Positions 30,322 through 41,033 are shown, counted from the stretch's first letter. The stretch: DNA of 64,000 nt from an uncultured Chloroflexia bacterium (GCA_963774265.1 CAVZDU010000008.1:32001-96000); one strand, 5' to 3'. The notes: generated by a model not told the origin, from the letters alone. Program-made: numbers and translations.

Positions 30322-30613
30322 ATGATTATCGCCAAAGTGATGGGCGCGGCCGTCGCCTCAGTCAAGATGGACGCGCTCCAGGCGACCAAATTGCTGGTCG
30401 TAAGCCCGACAGATGCGCAGGGCAACCCAAACGGCGCCCCATTTCTGGCAGTCGACTTGGTCGGCGCGGGCGAGGGTGAACTGGTGATGGTCAGCCAGGG
30501 CATCCTCCGCACGAATGGCAGTGGCCAACGACCGTTCGCCGGTTGATGCCGCGATCATCGGTATCCTGGACTCCCTGCGCTACAACGGGGAACTGGCCTT
30601 CAGGAAGGAGTAG
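30322..30613 (+). CDS. BMC vertex pentamer (BMC-P, EutN/CcmL family; frameshifted near 30500-30535)
   Basis: MIIAKVMG...KLLVV...[18 protein letters not shown]; C-terminal [12 protein letters not shown] in a shifted frame. Confidence 0.9.
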
Positions 30614-30617
30614 AACT

Positions 30618-30944
30618 ATGACGCAGCCAAACGATCTCCAGACAACGAACGACGACATGGACCCGGGGATGCGAGCCCTCGGAATGATCGAAACGAAGGG
30701 GCTGGTGGCCTGCATCGAGGCGGCCGATGCGATGGTGAAGGCCGCCAACGTGAAACTGTTGGACCGCCGGGCCATCGGCGGCGGTTACATGACGGTGATG
30801 GTGCGCGGCGATGTGGGCGCAGTGCGGACCGCGTTGGAGGCGGGCAGCCAGGCCGCGCGGCGGCTCGGCCAGGTCGTCTCGGTACGCATCCTGCCCAGCC
30901 CGCACCTGGATCTGGAACATATCCTCCCTGAGATTGTGGAGTAG
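30618..30944 (+). CDS. BMC shell hexamer protein (BMC-H) with short N-terminal extension
   Basis: [26 protein letters not shown]...[17 protein letters not shown]...LPSPH. Confidence 0.95.
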   Translation: MTQPNDLQTTNDDMDPGMRALGMIETKGLVACIEAADAMVKAANVKLLDRRAIGGGYMTVMVRGDVGAVRTALEAGSQAARRLGQVVSVRILPSPHLDLEHILPEIVE

Positions 30945-30947
30945 CGA

Positions 30948-31800
30948 GTGAGCGCGCCACGTATAACGCCAGCCAGGTTGCGGACCAAAAAGAGCCGCGG
31001 ACAGAAGATCACGATGCTGACGGCCTACGACTGCCCCATGGCCTCGTTTATCGACCAGGCCGGGGTGGACATCGTGCTGGTCAGCGATGCGGTGGGCACG
31101 GTGGGCAACGGCCGGCCCGAGGCGGTCTCGGTGACGGTGGACGAGATGATCTACCACACTCGCGCGGTGCGCAACGGCGCCAAGCGCTGCATGGTCGTCA
31201 CGACCCTGCCGTTTGGCTTCCTACAACACCACCGAAGATGCCCTGCGGACGGCGACCCGGCTGATGAAGGAGGGCGGCGCGGACGGCGTGCATCTGGAAG
31301 GCACCCGCCGCGAAGGCGCACCTGGTCGGCGAAATCACGGCTGCGGGCATCCCGGTGATGGGGCACGTCGGCGTGACCAAGCAGAAGATCGTCGGCACCG
31401 GCCGGATCAAGCTGCCCGGGCAGGACGCTGCGTCGGCGCGAAGAGATCATCGGCGACGCGTTGGAGATGGCCCGGCAGGGCGCGTTCTGCGTTGGTGCTG
31501 GAGTGTCTGCCGACTGCGCTGGGACGGATCATCACCAGAGCCTGGACATCCCGACGATCGGCATCGGTTCGGGCGCGGACTGCGACGGCCAGGCGTTGGT
31601 GACGCAGGACATGCTGGGGCTGTACAAGGAAATGTCGCCGCGCTTCCTGAAGGTGTATGCCGATCTGGCGACCACGATGGTGGACGCGCTCGGGCAGTTC
31701 CGCCAGGAAGTCGAAGGGCGGCGTCTTCCCGGCGCCCGAGCACACGTACCCGATCGACGACGGTGAGCTGCGGAAGCTACTGGCGCAGTTGCGGTCCTGA
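30948..31800 (+). CDS. PanB-like (ketopantoate hydroxymethyltransferase family) paralog, several frameshifts
   Basis: KITMLTAYD, VTVDEMIYHTRAV, PVMGHVG, LVLEC, IPTIGIGSGADCDGQALV, PRFLKVY. Confidence 0.85.
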
Positions 31801-31905
31801 GAGACTTATTGGAGCACGATATCCCCCTACTTTTCGAGAGGATGCGTCGCAATCCTTTCGACGTTAAAACGGATACGCACAACAGGAAAGAGGGAGGTAC
31901 AACTC

Positions 31906-32655
31906 ATGGCTGAGTCTCTGAAGGGAAAGGTGGCGGTCATCACGGGCGTCGGCTCCGGGTTCGCGAAGGCCACGGCGGAGCTGTTCGCCACGGCTGACCA
32001 GGTGGGCCTCGTCCTGATCGACCTCAACGAGAAGGCCCTCAAGGCCACCGCCGACGCCTGCGAGGCGGCCGGCTCGAAGGTCGTTGCCTTTGCGGGCGAC
32101 GTGACCAAGCCGGAGACCTTCGAGCGCGCGCTCAAGGAGACGCTCGACACCTTCGGCAAGGTCGATTTCCTCATCAATTACGCGGGCGGCGCGCTCAAGG
32201 TGGCGCCCATCGAGGAGATGGACGATGCCATCAACCGCCGCATCATCGACCTGAACCTCACCAGCACGATCATGAGCTGCCGGACCTTCACGCCGCAGTT
32301 CAAGAAGCAGGGCTACGGCAAGATCATCAACGTGTCCAGCGCGTGCGACCGCCGCTCGTGGCCGGGGTGGTCGGTCTACTCCGCCGCCAAGGCCGGCGTC
32401 AACGCCTTCACGAAGTGCCTCTACACCGAGCTGCGGCCCCACGGCATCGCCGTCACGCTCCTCGTGCCGGGCGGATCCAACACCGGCTTCCAGGCGGCGG
32501 CAGCAGGCGTCAACAAGTTCGAGTGGGACGAGTATCTGGCCGTGCGCCCCGAGCACTTCGCCGACATGGTGTACCAGACCTGCGCGCTCTCGAAGGGCGG
32601 ATGCGTCTCCGAGATGCTGGTTTACGGGCTGGCGCAGGACGTCAGCGGTTTCTGA
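31906..32655 (+). CDS. Short-chain dehydrogenase/reductase
   Basis: VAVITGVGSGFA, IINVSS, YSAAKAG. Confidence 0.93.
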   Translation: MAESLKGKVAVITGVGSGFAKATAELFATADQVGLVLIDLNEKALKATADACEAAGSKVVAFAGDVTKPETFERALKETLDTFGKVDFLINYAGGALKVAPIEEMDDAINRRIIDLNLTSTIMSCRTFTPQFKKQGYGKIINVSSACDRRSWPGWSVYSAAKAGVNAFTKCLYTELRPHGIAVTLLVPGGSNTGFQAAAAGVNKFEWDEYLAVRPEHFADMVYQTCALSKGGCVSEMLVYGLAQDVSGF

Positions 32656-32802
32656 TACGCATAGGGAATTGGCAAAGCCTGAACAAGGTCGTTGGTCAGG
32701 ACAAAACCCACGTTCCGGATGCAGGAGGTGATCCATCTGTAGTCAACTGATTCCCGACATTCGCCCAACCAAACCCATAGAGCAAAAAGGAGAAGACTCA
32801 AA

Positions 32803-34949
32803 ATGAAGAAGCTGTTCGCTCTAGTGGCTCTGCTGGTGCTCGCCAGCCTGGTCCTGTCCGCCTGCCGCGACCCCCGCGCCCGCTCCGGCGGCTGCGCCCA
32901 CCCAGGTGCCCGCAGCTGCACCGACCGTGGCGCCGGCGGAACCCACCAAGGCCCGCCGAGCCCGCTGCACCGGCGGCGACCGAGTACAAGCCGGCGACCT
33001 ACTACGCCGAAGAAGATTGCGTTCTTCGTATCGGACCTGATCGAACGTGTTCCACCAGGGGCAGGCGACCGAGGCGAAGAAGTACGCCAAGGATAAGTAC
33101 GGCGCCGAGGTGTTCATCTTCGACGGCAAGTCGGACTCGGCGACGATGACGGCGAACGTGGACCAGATCATGGCCCAGGGCATGGACGCCGCGACCCTGC
33201 ACGTCTGGGACGATCCGGCGGCACTGCCGGCGGTGAAGGAAATGCTCGCCAAGGGCATCATCCTGACGTCGTTCTTCAGCCCGATGGGCGATACGGGCAT
33301 TCCGGTCGCGCGCAGCGACGAGAAGGGTGTCTCGTTCGCGATGGGCGCCGAGATGGCGAAGCAGTGGAAGGCAGCGCACCCGGACAAGCCGATCGTGATG
33401 GTGGAGTTGGGCTGGCCGAACCACACCGAGGTGAAGTCGGGCCGGACGGATCCGTTCGTGGCAGGGTGTGCTGTCGGTGGACCCGACGGCGACGGACCTG
33501 GGCTGCCTGGATGCGAGCAAGGGCGCCGATGCGGCGAAGCAGATCATCACGGACCTGGTGACGCAGCATCCGGAAGTGAACCTGATCTACTCGGAAGCGT
33601 CGAACCTGACGGTCGGGACGATGGCCGGCCTGACGCAGGCGGGCCGCGGCAAGATGGACGATGGCAAGCCGCTGACGGAGATCGTGGCCAGCGTCGACTT
33701 CGACCCGGTCGAGTACGAGCAGGTGTACGACCCGAACAGCTCGCTGAAGTTCTCCATGGGTCTGCCGCCGATCGAGACCGGCCACGGCCGCATCGACCTG
33801 ATCATGGACGTGGCGCAGGGCAAGATCCCGATGACCTCGAACCCGGCCAAGGAGCAGTTCTACAAGGCTTACGACGTCAACTTCTACACGATGCCGCAGG
33901 CCGATGCTGCGACCTGGCTGAACACCCAGTTCGGCACCAACATCACTCCGCCCGTAGCTGCGGCTGCGCCCGCGGCGAGCGAGTACAAGCCGGCGACCGA
34001 CACGCCGAAGAAGATTGCGTTCTTCGTATCGGACCTGATCGAACGTGTTCCACCAGGGGCAGGCGACCGAGGCGAAGAAGTACGCCAAGGAGAAGTACGG
34101 CGCCGAGGTGTTCATCTTCGACGGCAAGTCGGACTCGGCGACGATGACGGCGAACGTGGACCAGATCATGGCCCAGGGCATGGACGCCGCGACCCTGCAC
34201 GTCTGGGACGATCCGGCGGCACTGCCGGCGGTGAAGGAAATGCTCGCCAAGGGCATCATCCTGACGTCGTTCTTCAGCCCGATGGGCGATACGGGCATTC
34301 CGGTCGCGCGCAGCGACGAGAAGGGTGTCTCGTTTGCGATGGGCGCCGAGATGGCGAAGAAGTGGAAGGCAGCGCACCCGGACAAGCCGATCGTGATGGT
34401 GGAGCTGGGCTGGCCGAACCACACCGAGGTGAAGTCGGGCCGCACGGATCCGTTCGTGGCAGGGTGTGCTGTCGGTGGACCCGACGGCGACGGACCTGGG
34501 CTGCCTGGATGGGAGCAAGGGCGCAGATGCGGCGAAGCAGATCATCACGGACCTGGTGACGCAGCATCCGGAAGTGAACCTGATCTACTCGGAAGCGTCG
34601 AACCTGACGGTCGGGACGATGGCCGGGTTGACGCAAGCGGGCCGCGGCAAGTATGGACGATGGCAAGCCGCTGACGGAGATCGTGGCCAGCGTCGACTTC
34701 GACCCGGTCGAGTACGAGCAGGTGTACGACCCGAACAGCTCGCTGAAGTTCTCCATGGGTCTGCCGCCGATCGAGACCGGCCACGGCCGCATCGACCTGA
34801 TCATGGACGTCGCGCAGGGCAAGATCCCGATGACCTCGAACCCGGCCAAGGAGCAGTTCTACAAGGCTTACAACGTCAACTTCTATACGATGCCGCAAGC
34901 CGACGCTGCGACCTGGCTCAACACCCAGTTCGGCACCAATATCAAATAG
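32803..34949 (+). CDS. Sugar ABC (CUT2, RbsB-like) binding lipoprotein with two tandem binding domains, frameshifted
   Basis: Lipobox LVLSAC; KKIAFFVSD...FDGKSD.. periplasmic-binding-protein type I fold present twice. Confidence 0.85.
32982..34943 (+). repeat. Tandem direct repeat, about 963-bp units (32982-33944 and 33981-34943), period 999 bp
   Basis: Near-identical sequence with scattered, mostly third-position differences. Confidence 0.95.
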
Positions 34950-34962
34950 CTCACTTTGGACA

Positions 34963-35036
34963 GGACCTTCGAGGTCAGCGAGGCCTCGAAGGTCCGGGTG
35001 TGATCTCCAGGGAGGGGGGGTGAAAGCCTCCCTCCC
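34963..35036. repeat. Two intergenic hairpins (REP-like / mRNA-stabilising) after the binding-protein gene
   Basis: GGACCTTCGAGG-N9-CCTCGAAGGTCC (34963-34995); GGGAGGGGGGG-TGAAAG-CCTCCCTCCC. Confidence 0.7.
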
Positions 35037-35074
35037 ATCAGCAGGAGCATGCCTCAGGGGAGGAGGTCGGCTGC

Positions 35075-36625
35075 ATGGAACTGACAGAAAACGTTCTCGA
35101 AATCAGGGATCTGGTTAAAGAGTTCCCGAGCGTGCGGGCAGTCAACAACGTCAGTTTCGACATCAAGCGCAACACCGTCCACTGCCTCGTCGGCGAGAAC
35201 GGCGCCGGGAAGAGCACGCTGATCAAGATCCTCACCGGCGCATACCAACGCACCAGCGGCAAAATCCTGCTGAACGGCCAGGAGTATGCGGCGGCGAGCA
35301 CGAAAGAAGCCAAGGAAAAGGGCATCAGCACGCTTTTCCAGGAGCTGAACGTGGTCGATCAGCTCACGATTGAAGAAAACCTTACGTTGGGCATGGAGGA
35401 TACGCGGTTCGGTTTCCTCCGCAAGACGGACAAGATCAACAAGATCGTGAGCGTGATGAACAGCCTGGAGCCGTCTATCGACCCCAAGCAAATGGTCTCC
35501 GACCTGAGCGTGGCCAGGAAGCAAATCGTGGAGATCGCGAAGGCAGTTGCGACCGAGTCGGACATCATCATCATGGACGAGCCGACTGCGGCCCTGTCCG
35601 AAGCTGAAATCGCCAGGCTTTTCAAGATCATTCGGGGCTTGCGCGAGCGTAACGTCACCGTCATCTACATCTCCCACCGGCTCGACGAAATCTTCGAGCT
35701 TGGCGACTACGTCACCGTGATGCGCGACGGCCGCCACATCGACACCAAGCCCATTTCGCAAGTGAAAGACCGGTCGGAACTAATCAAGATGATGATCGGC
35801 CACACGGTCTTCGAGCAGTACACGCCCCGAGACCGTGACTGCGATGATATCATCCTCGAAGTGCGCAACCTATCCAACCACAAGCTCCAGGACATCTCCT
35901 TCTCCGTCCCCAGGGGCGAAATCGCGGGGTTCTACGGTCTGGTCGGTGCGGGCAAAACAGAGCTGGCGCGGGCCATCTACGGCGCGGACCCGTATACAGG
36001 CGACATCATCTTCAAAGGCAAGAAACTGCGCGGCTCGACCGATCGGGTCATTGAGGCAGGCATCGCGCTGGTCCCCGAAGAACGGCGCTCGCAGGGCCTG
36101 TTCACGTTGCTCACAATCAGGGGCAACGTGCCGGTTATGAATATGAAGAAGGTCTCCCGCGGTGGCTTCGTCAACGGAGCCCAGGAGCGGGCGGTCACGC
36201 TCGAATATATCGACAAGCTACGGATCGCAACCAGCAGCACCGAGAAGGAGGCCGCGCAGCTATCGGGCGGCAACCAACAGAAGGTCGTGCTCTCGAAGTG
36301 CCTGTTTGCCGACGCGGATCTCCTGATGCTTGACGAGCCCACACGCGGCATCGACGTTGGCGCGAAGAGCGAGATCTATACCCTCATCCGCCAGCTTGCC
36401 GCCGAGGGCAAGTCAATCCTGATCTTTTCTTCCGAGCTCCCCGAGGTGATGAACATCTGCGACACGATCTACCTCCTCTACGACGGGAGTGTGAAGGAGA
36501 CGGTTCGCAACGGCTGTGACGTCGATAGCGAACTGATCATGCACGCCGTGAGCGGAGTCGCCTCCGGCGGCGGGATCGACGGCAACGGCACCCAGGGCGC
36601 CAGCAAGGCGACGGAGGCAGAATGA
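35075..36625 (+). CDS. Sugar ABC ATP-binding protein (RbsA-like, two NBDs)
   Basis: GENGAGKST, IIMDEPT, ISHRL, LSGGNQQK, LDEPTRGIDVGAK. Confidence 0.95.
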   Translation: MELTENVLEIRDLVKEFPSVRAVNNVSFDIKRNTVHCLVGENGAGKSTLIKILTGAYQRTSGKILLNGQEYAAASTKEAKEKGISTLFQELNVVDQLTIEENLTLGMEDTRFGFLRKTDKINKIVSVMNSLEPSIDPKQMVSDLSVARKQIVEIAKAVATESDIIIMDEPTAALSEAEIARLFKIIRGLRERNVTVIYISHRLDEIFELGDYVTVMRDGRHIDTKPISQVKDRSELIKMMIGHTVFEQYTPRDRDCDDIILEVRNLSNHKLQDISFSVPRGEIAGFYGLVGAGKTELARAIYGADPYTGDIIFKGKKLRGSTDRVIEAGIALVPEERRSQGLFTLLTIRGNVPVMNMKKVSRGGFVNGAQERAVTLEYIDKLRIATSSTEKEAAQLSGGNQQKVVLSKCLFADADLLMLDEPTRGIDVGAKSEIYTLIRQLAAEGKSILIFSSELPEVMNICDTIYLLYDGSVKETVRNGCDVDSELIMHAVSGVASGGGIDGNGTQGASKATEAE

Positions 36626-37659
36626 GCGTCCAGACAACCGCGCCGGCACAGAAGAAGCGCGCGACAAGCCGCATGAGCAACGAGACGTATATCACCCTGT
36701 TCATGGTCGGCGTTCTCCTCGTCGTCTTCCTTGTCGCCTGCATCTTCGTGCCGAACTTCTATAAGCCTCAGAATATTATCAATATTCTGACCAACAGCTG
36801 GTACATCGTGATCCTCGGCATCGGCGTGAGCTTCCTGTTGATCACGGGGAACTTCGACATGTCGGTTGGAGGGGTGATTGCGCTCACAGGCGTCCTCTCC
36901 GTGTATTTCTGTCAGGGAGTGAACGTCTCGCGAAATGAGCTGGCCAACGGCCTTGGCTTCCCATACCCCGTCGCAATTGGAGCCGCACTTCTCTGCGCCA
37001 TGGCCGTCGGCGGGGTGAACGCGTTCTTTGTTGCGAAGCTTAAAGTGCCGTCGATCATCGTCACACTGGGGACTATGATGCTGGCGCGCGGCGTTGCCCA
37101 GGTCATCACCCAGGGCGCGCAGCGCAACACCAGCCTGCCGAAGGTCTTCGGTGTCATCGGCAACGCGGCAATCCCCGGCACCTCTCTCAAGGTTTCGGTA
37201 GTGATCATGGTCGTGCTCCTGATCGTTGCCTTTCTCTTTGAGCGCAGGACCGTATTTGGGCGGCGAACATACCAGATTGGCGCCAACCAGGAGGCGGCCC
37301 GACTGTCAGGGATCAAGGTCTCCCGCCACCTCACGATGCTCTTCATTCTCAGCGCACTGCTGGCCGGCATCACCGGGATCCTCCTTGCTTCGGAGTACAA
37401 GGCCGGCCTCTCGAACCGCGCCATGGGATACGAATTCGACGCGTTGGTGGTTGCGCTGCTGGGCGGCGTGAGCATCGCGGGCGGCTTCGGGTCAGTGCTG
37501 GGCATGTTCGTGGGTGCGATCCTTCTCTCCGTGATGACCTCGGCGGCGACTGGCCTGCTGCTCTCACCCGACTTACAGTATACGCTCAAGGCCGTGGTGA
37601 CCTTCATCGCGATTCTTGCGCAACGCTGGGCCGTTGACCGGCGCAGCCGCCAGGGCTAA
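36622..37659 (+). CDS. Sugar ABC permease (RbsC-like)
   Basis: FDMSVG, VPSIIVTLG, IGANQEAARLSGI, LLGGVS..GG.G. Confidence 0.93.
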   Translation: MSVQTTAPAQKKRATSRMSNETYITLFMVGVLLVVFLVACIFVPNFYKPQNIINILTNSWYIVILGIGVSFLLITGNFDMSVGGVIALTGVLSVYFCQGVNVSRNELANGLGFPYPVAIGAALLCAMAVGGVNAFFVAKLKVPSIIVTLGTMMLARGVAQVITQGAQRNTSLPKVFGVIGNAAIPGTSLKVSVVIMVVLLIVAFLFERRTVFGRRTYQIGANQEAARLSGIKVSRHLTMLFILSALLAGITGILLASEYKAGLSNRAMGYEFDALVVALLGGVSIAGGFGSVLGMFVGAILLSVMTSAATGLLLSPDLQYTLKAVVTFIAILAQRWAVDRRSRQG

Positions 37660-37670
37660 AGGAGACGATC

Positions 37671-38714
37671 GTGACAACCACTCAAGCATCCATGCGGAAG
37701 ACCACCAGTCAGAGTGACCGCTCTGATGCCTTGCGGGCGGCCGTCAAGAAGTACTACATCTACGTGGTCTTGCTGGTGATCGTGATCGCCTTCAGCCTCG
37801 CCAAGGTTAACGAGGTCGGATTGTTCGGGAGGGGGGCCTTCCTCAGCCCGGACAGTGTGATTAACATGTTTCGCATCTCGGCGCCGATCCTGACGCTGAG
37901 CGGTGCGTTCACGCTGCTGATGATCTCAGGGTACATCGACCTGTCGGTGGGCAGCGCGATGAGTCTCGCCGCGGTTGTGTTCAGCTTTATGATCTTGAAT
38001 GGGTTCGCCTTCCTCCCGGCGTTCCTGATCACGCTGGTCGTGGGGATAGGGATGGGCCTGCTCAACGGCTTTAACGTCATGAAGCTCCGCATCACGCCCG
38101 TGATCGCCACCCTGGTCACACTGAACCTATTCAAGGGTATCGCCCTGCTCATCGTGCCCGACGGCACATCCGCGATCAAGAGCACAGCCACACAGAAAAT
38201 GCCCGCGATGATCAACTACTACGCCCGGCAACCTGTGATTCTCGGCTTGCCTCTGGCCTTCTTCGTTGCGGTCGCTGTCATCATCGGTTTGGTGATCGTG
38301 CAGCGGAAGACGATCCTGGGCAAGTACGCCGCGGCGATCGGTGGCAACCGGATTGCGGCCGAGTTGTCCGGCATCAACCCGGTTAAGTATGTTTGGCTGC
38401 TGTACGTGATCGTCGGGTTCTTCGCAGCCGCGGCCGGAGTCGCGCGGGCGAGCTACATGTCGCTGGGAGATCCACTATCCGGCGATGGCATGGAACTCGA
38501 CTGCATCATCGCCGTACTGCTTGGCGGGACCGCGTTTTCGGGTGGCGAGGGATCGGTTGCCAAGACCATGATCGCGGCCCTGATTCTCATGTGCGTGACA
38601 ACCGGCCTGATGACTGTTATACCAGCCTATTGGCAAGTCTTGGCGAAAGGCAGCGTGCTGCTGTTCGCCGTTGTGTTGAATCACGTGCTAGTGCGGCGTC
38701 GCGCGCTCGCGTAG
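37671..38714 (+). CDS. Sugar ABC permease (RbsC-like)
   Basis: IDLSVG, IATL, IGGNRIAAELSGI, VLLGGT..SGG.G. Confidence 0.93.
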   Translation: MTTTQASMRKTTSQSDRSDALRAAVKKYYIYVVLLVIVIAFSLAKVNEVGLFGRGAFLSPDSVINMFRISAPILTLSGAFTLLMISGYIDLSVGSAMSLAAVVFSFMILNGFAFLPAFLITLVVGIGMGLLNGFNVMKLRITPVIATLVTLNLFKGIALLIVPDGTSAIKSTATQKMPAMINYYARQPVILGLPLAFFVAVAVIIGLVIVQRKTILGKYAAAIGGNRIAAELSGINPVKYVWLLYVIVGFFAAAAGVARASYMSLGDPLSGDGMELDCIIAVLLGGTAFSGGEGSVAKTMIAALILMCVTTGLMTVIPAYWQVLAKGSVLLFAVVLNHVLVRRRALA

Positions 38715-38733
38715 CAGTCGAGGGAGGTGGGCC

Positions 38734-40010
38734 GTGGTCGATCCCCGGGAACGGTACGCGCTGCGGTCGTTGGCTGCGCGCTGGATGGCGCACGCGACGA
38801 ACCCGATCATGCCAGAACGGCGGCGGCAGTGGCGGGCCATCAAGGATCTCCGAATGGAGAAGCCTATGATCCTCGTCGAGACGTGCATGCTGCCCGACTA
38901 CATCGGCAAGGACGAGCTCGTCTGCGAGGACCCGTACCTGCGCAACATCGAGAAATCGCTCTACGAGATCGTTCGCCACGCGGACGAGATCGGCGATGAC
39001 ATCGTCGTAGACCCGTACTTCCGCATCCCCTGGGCGGTTGAGGTCGGCGACTTACGGCATCCCCATCGTGGCCTTCCATGCAACGAGCTGCGACGGGAGC
39101 GACCTCGGCTACTCTTTCGAATTTGGCGTGCAATCCGAGGCCGATGCCGCGAAGCTGCACCTGCGAGAGCGTCATCTGGATCGCGCATTGAGCCATCAGC
39201 GGCAAGAGCTGCTTCTCGACATCTTCGGGGACATCCTGCCGGTGCGCCTGGGCGGCTACGATCCCTTCTATGTGGAGCCCGGTTACCGGCCATGGCTCGG
39301 CAACCTGTTCGGCGGGCTGACCATGGACCTCTTCAAGCTCATCGGGAACAACAACCTGCTCTACTGGGTCTACGACAAGCCCGAGCTCATCGACCGGATC
39401 ATGAAGCTGATCCACGACGACCGCGTCGACGCACTTCAAGTTCCTTGAGCACGAGGGCCTGCTTTACCGGAATACGGATACCTGGATGCCCTGCCCCGGC
39501 AGCTACGGGTTCGTCTCCGACCTGCCGGAGCCGACTGAGAACGACCAAGACGTGCAGATGAAGGACTGTTGGGTCTGGGTGGAGTCGCAGGAGAGCGCGC
39601 CCATCTCCCCGAAGATGTTCAACGAGTTCTTCCTGCCCTACATCGCCGACGTCACGCGACCGTTCGGCCTGGCATACTGGGGGTGCTGCGAAGGCCTACA
39701 CGACCGGTTCCCGTACATCGAGAAGGCGATCCCCAACCTGCGCGCGGTCAGCGTCTCGGGCTGGAGCGACCCGTGGCGCATGGCAGAGATGCTGGGCAAG
39801 AAATACGTCTTCTCGCGCAAACCGACCCCGGCCTACATCAGCGGCGCAAATCCCGACTGGGACCTGGTGGAGAAGGATGTCCGTGACACCCTCGCCGCCG
39901 CGAGAGACTGCAACCTGGAGCTGTGTTTCCGGGATATTTACACGATCGCCGGCGACCGGCCGCGCCTCGCGCGGTGGGTTGAGATGACGCGTGCGATGAT
40001 GAACGGCTGA
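38734..40010 (+). CDS. URO-D/MtaA-like TIM-barrel protein of unknown function (frameshifted)
   Basis: LIG..NLLYWVYDKPE, SQES..ISPKMFNEFFLPY, YWGCCEGLHDR, FSRKP; spread over three ORFs. Confidence 0.7.
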
Positions 40011-40145
40011 GGAAATTCTGATTCAGCCGAGGATCTCGCGAAAGTCAATAGCGTGCTGGCAGCTCGCGCCGAGGCGCTTGCCAGAGACTGGTCGTGGGAC
40101 CCGTGACCGGAGGATGCTGGTGCAGACCCAAACCCCGGAGATGCA

Positions 40146-41033
40146 ATGATACCTGTTGGCCTCTACGAGAAGGCGCTTCCGGCCGAGTGGTCCTGGGAAA
40201 GACGCCTGGCGGCCACGGCCGAAGCCGGCTACGATTTCGCCGAAATTTCGATCGACGAGACCGAAGAACGGCTAACCCGTCTGGATTGGGCGGGTGGCCG
40301 AGCGCGCCGCGCTGCGCTGCGCCATTGCTACTTCCGGCGTGCGCATCCTGACGATGTGCCTCAGCGGGCACTCGCAAGTATCCACTGGGCAGCCACGCGC
40401 CGGAAATACGCCGTCGCGGGCTGGAGATCTTCCGCAAGGCGATTGACTTCGCCGTGGATATCGGGCTGGGGATCGTGCAGGTGCCGGGGTACGATGTCTT
40501 CGACGAGCCGACTGACGCGGATACCGCGGCCTACCTACCTGGATGGGCTGCACCAGGGAACCGAATGGGCCAGCCAGGCCTGCCTGATGCTGGGCCTGGA
40601 GAACGTTGACGTCTCCATTAGCGAGTCCATCACCGCCACGATGCGTTTGGTCACCGCGATCAACTCGCCCTGGTTCCAGTTGTACCCGGACATGGCCAAC
40701 GTGGCCGCCGCCGGCTTCTATCCGCCGGACGAGCTCAGGCTGGCCAAAGATCACATCGTGGCCGTGCACGTCAAAGACGGCGTTCTGAAAACGATTCGCG
40801 GCGTGCCGTTGGCGCGGGCATCGTGCCCTTCGCCGAAACATTCGAGGCGCTCCGGGAGTGCAGGTTTCGCGGCCCGCTGGTGGTGGAAATGTGGAGCCAC
40901 ATGGATCGCACCGGCGACCCGTTCGGCTCAGTCCGCGCCTGCGCGCGAGTTTGTCAGGCCCTATCAAGAGGTGTTGGATGCTTCTCGAAGAACTGCGAGA
41001 GATCGTCTGGAAATGCAACCTGGAGCTGCCTAA
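40146..41033 (+). CDS. L-ribulose-5-phosphate 3-epimerase (UlaE/SgbU-like), frameshifted
   Basis: VGLYEKALP..SW..R, FAEISIDET..RL.RLDW, MCLSGH, GYDV, LYPD, VHVKD, VVEMW. Confidence 0.88.
   Translation: MIPVGLYEKALPAEWSWERRLAATAEAGYDFAEISIDETEERLTRLDWAGGRARRAALRHCYFRRAHPDDVPQRALASIHWAATRRKYAVAGWRSSARRLTSPWISGWGSCRCRGTMSSTSRLTRIPRPTYLDGLHQGTEWASQACLMLGLENVDVSISESITATMRLVTAINSPWFQLYPDMANVAAAGFYPPDELRLAKDHIVAVHVKDGVLKTIRGVPLARASCPSPKHSRRSGSAGFAARWWWKCGATWIAPATRSAQSAPAREFVRPYQEVLDASRRTARDRLEMQPGAA

Noticed and set aside
29013-30944. Carboxysome, or eut/pdu metabolosome
   Set aside because: No RuBisCO, carbonic anhydrase, ethanolamine ammonia-lyase or diol dehydratase in the window.
32982-34943. 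CRISPR array or pure assembly duplication
   Set aside because: Two ~1-kb coding units with no spacers; the differences are mostly synonymous, as expected for real paralogous domains.
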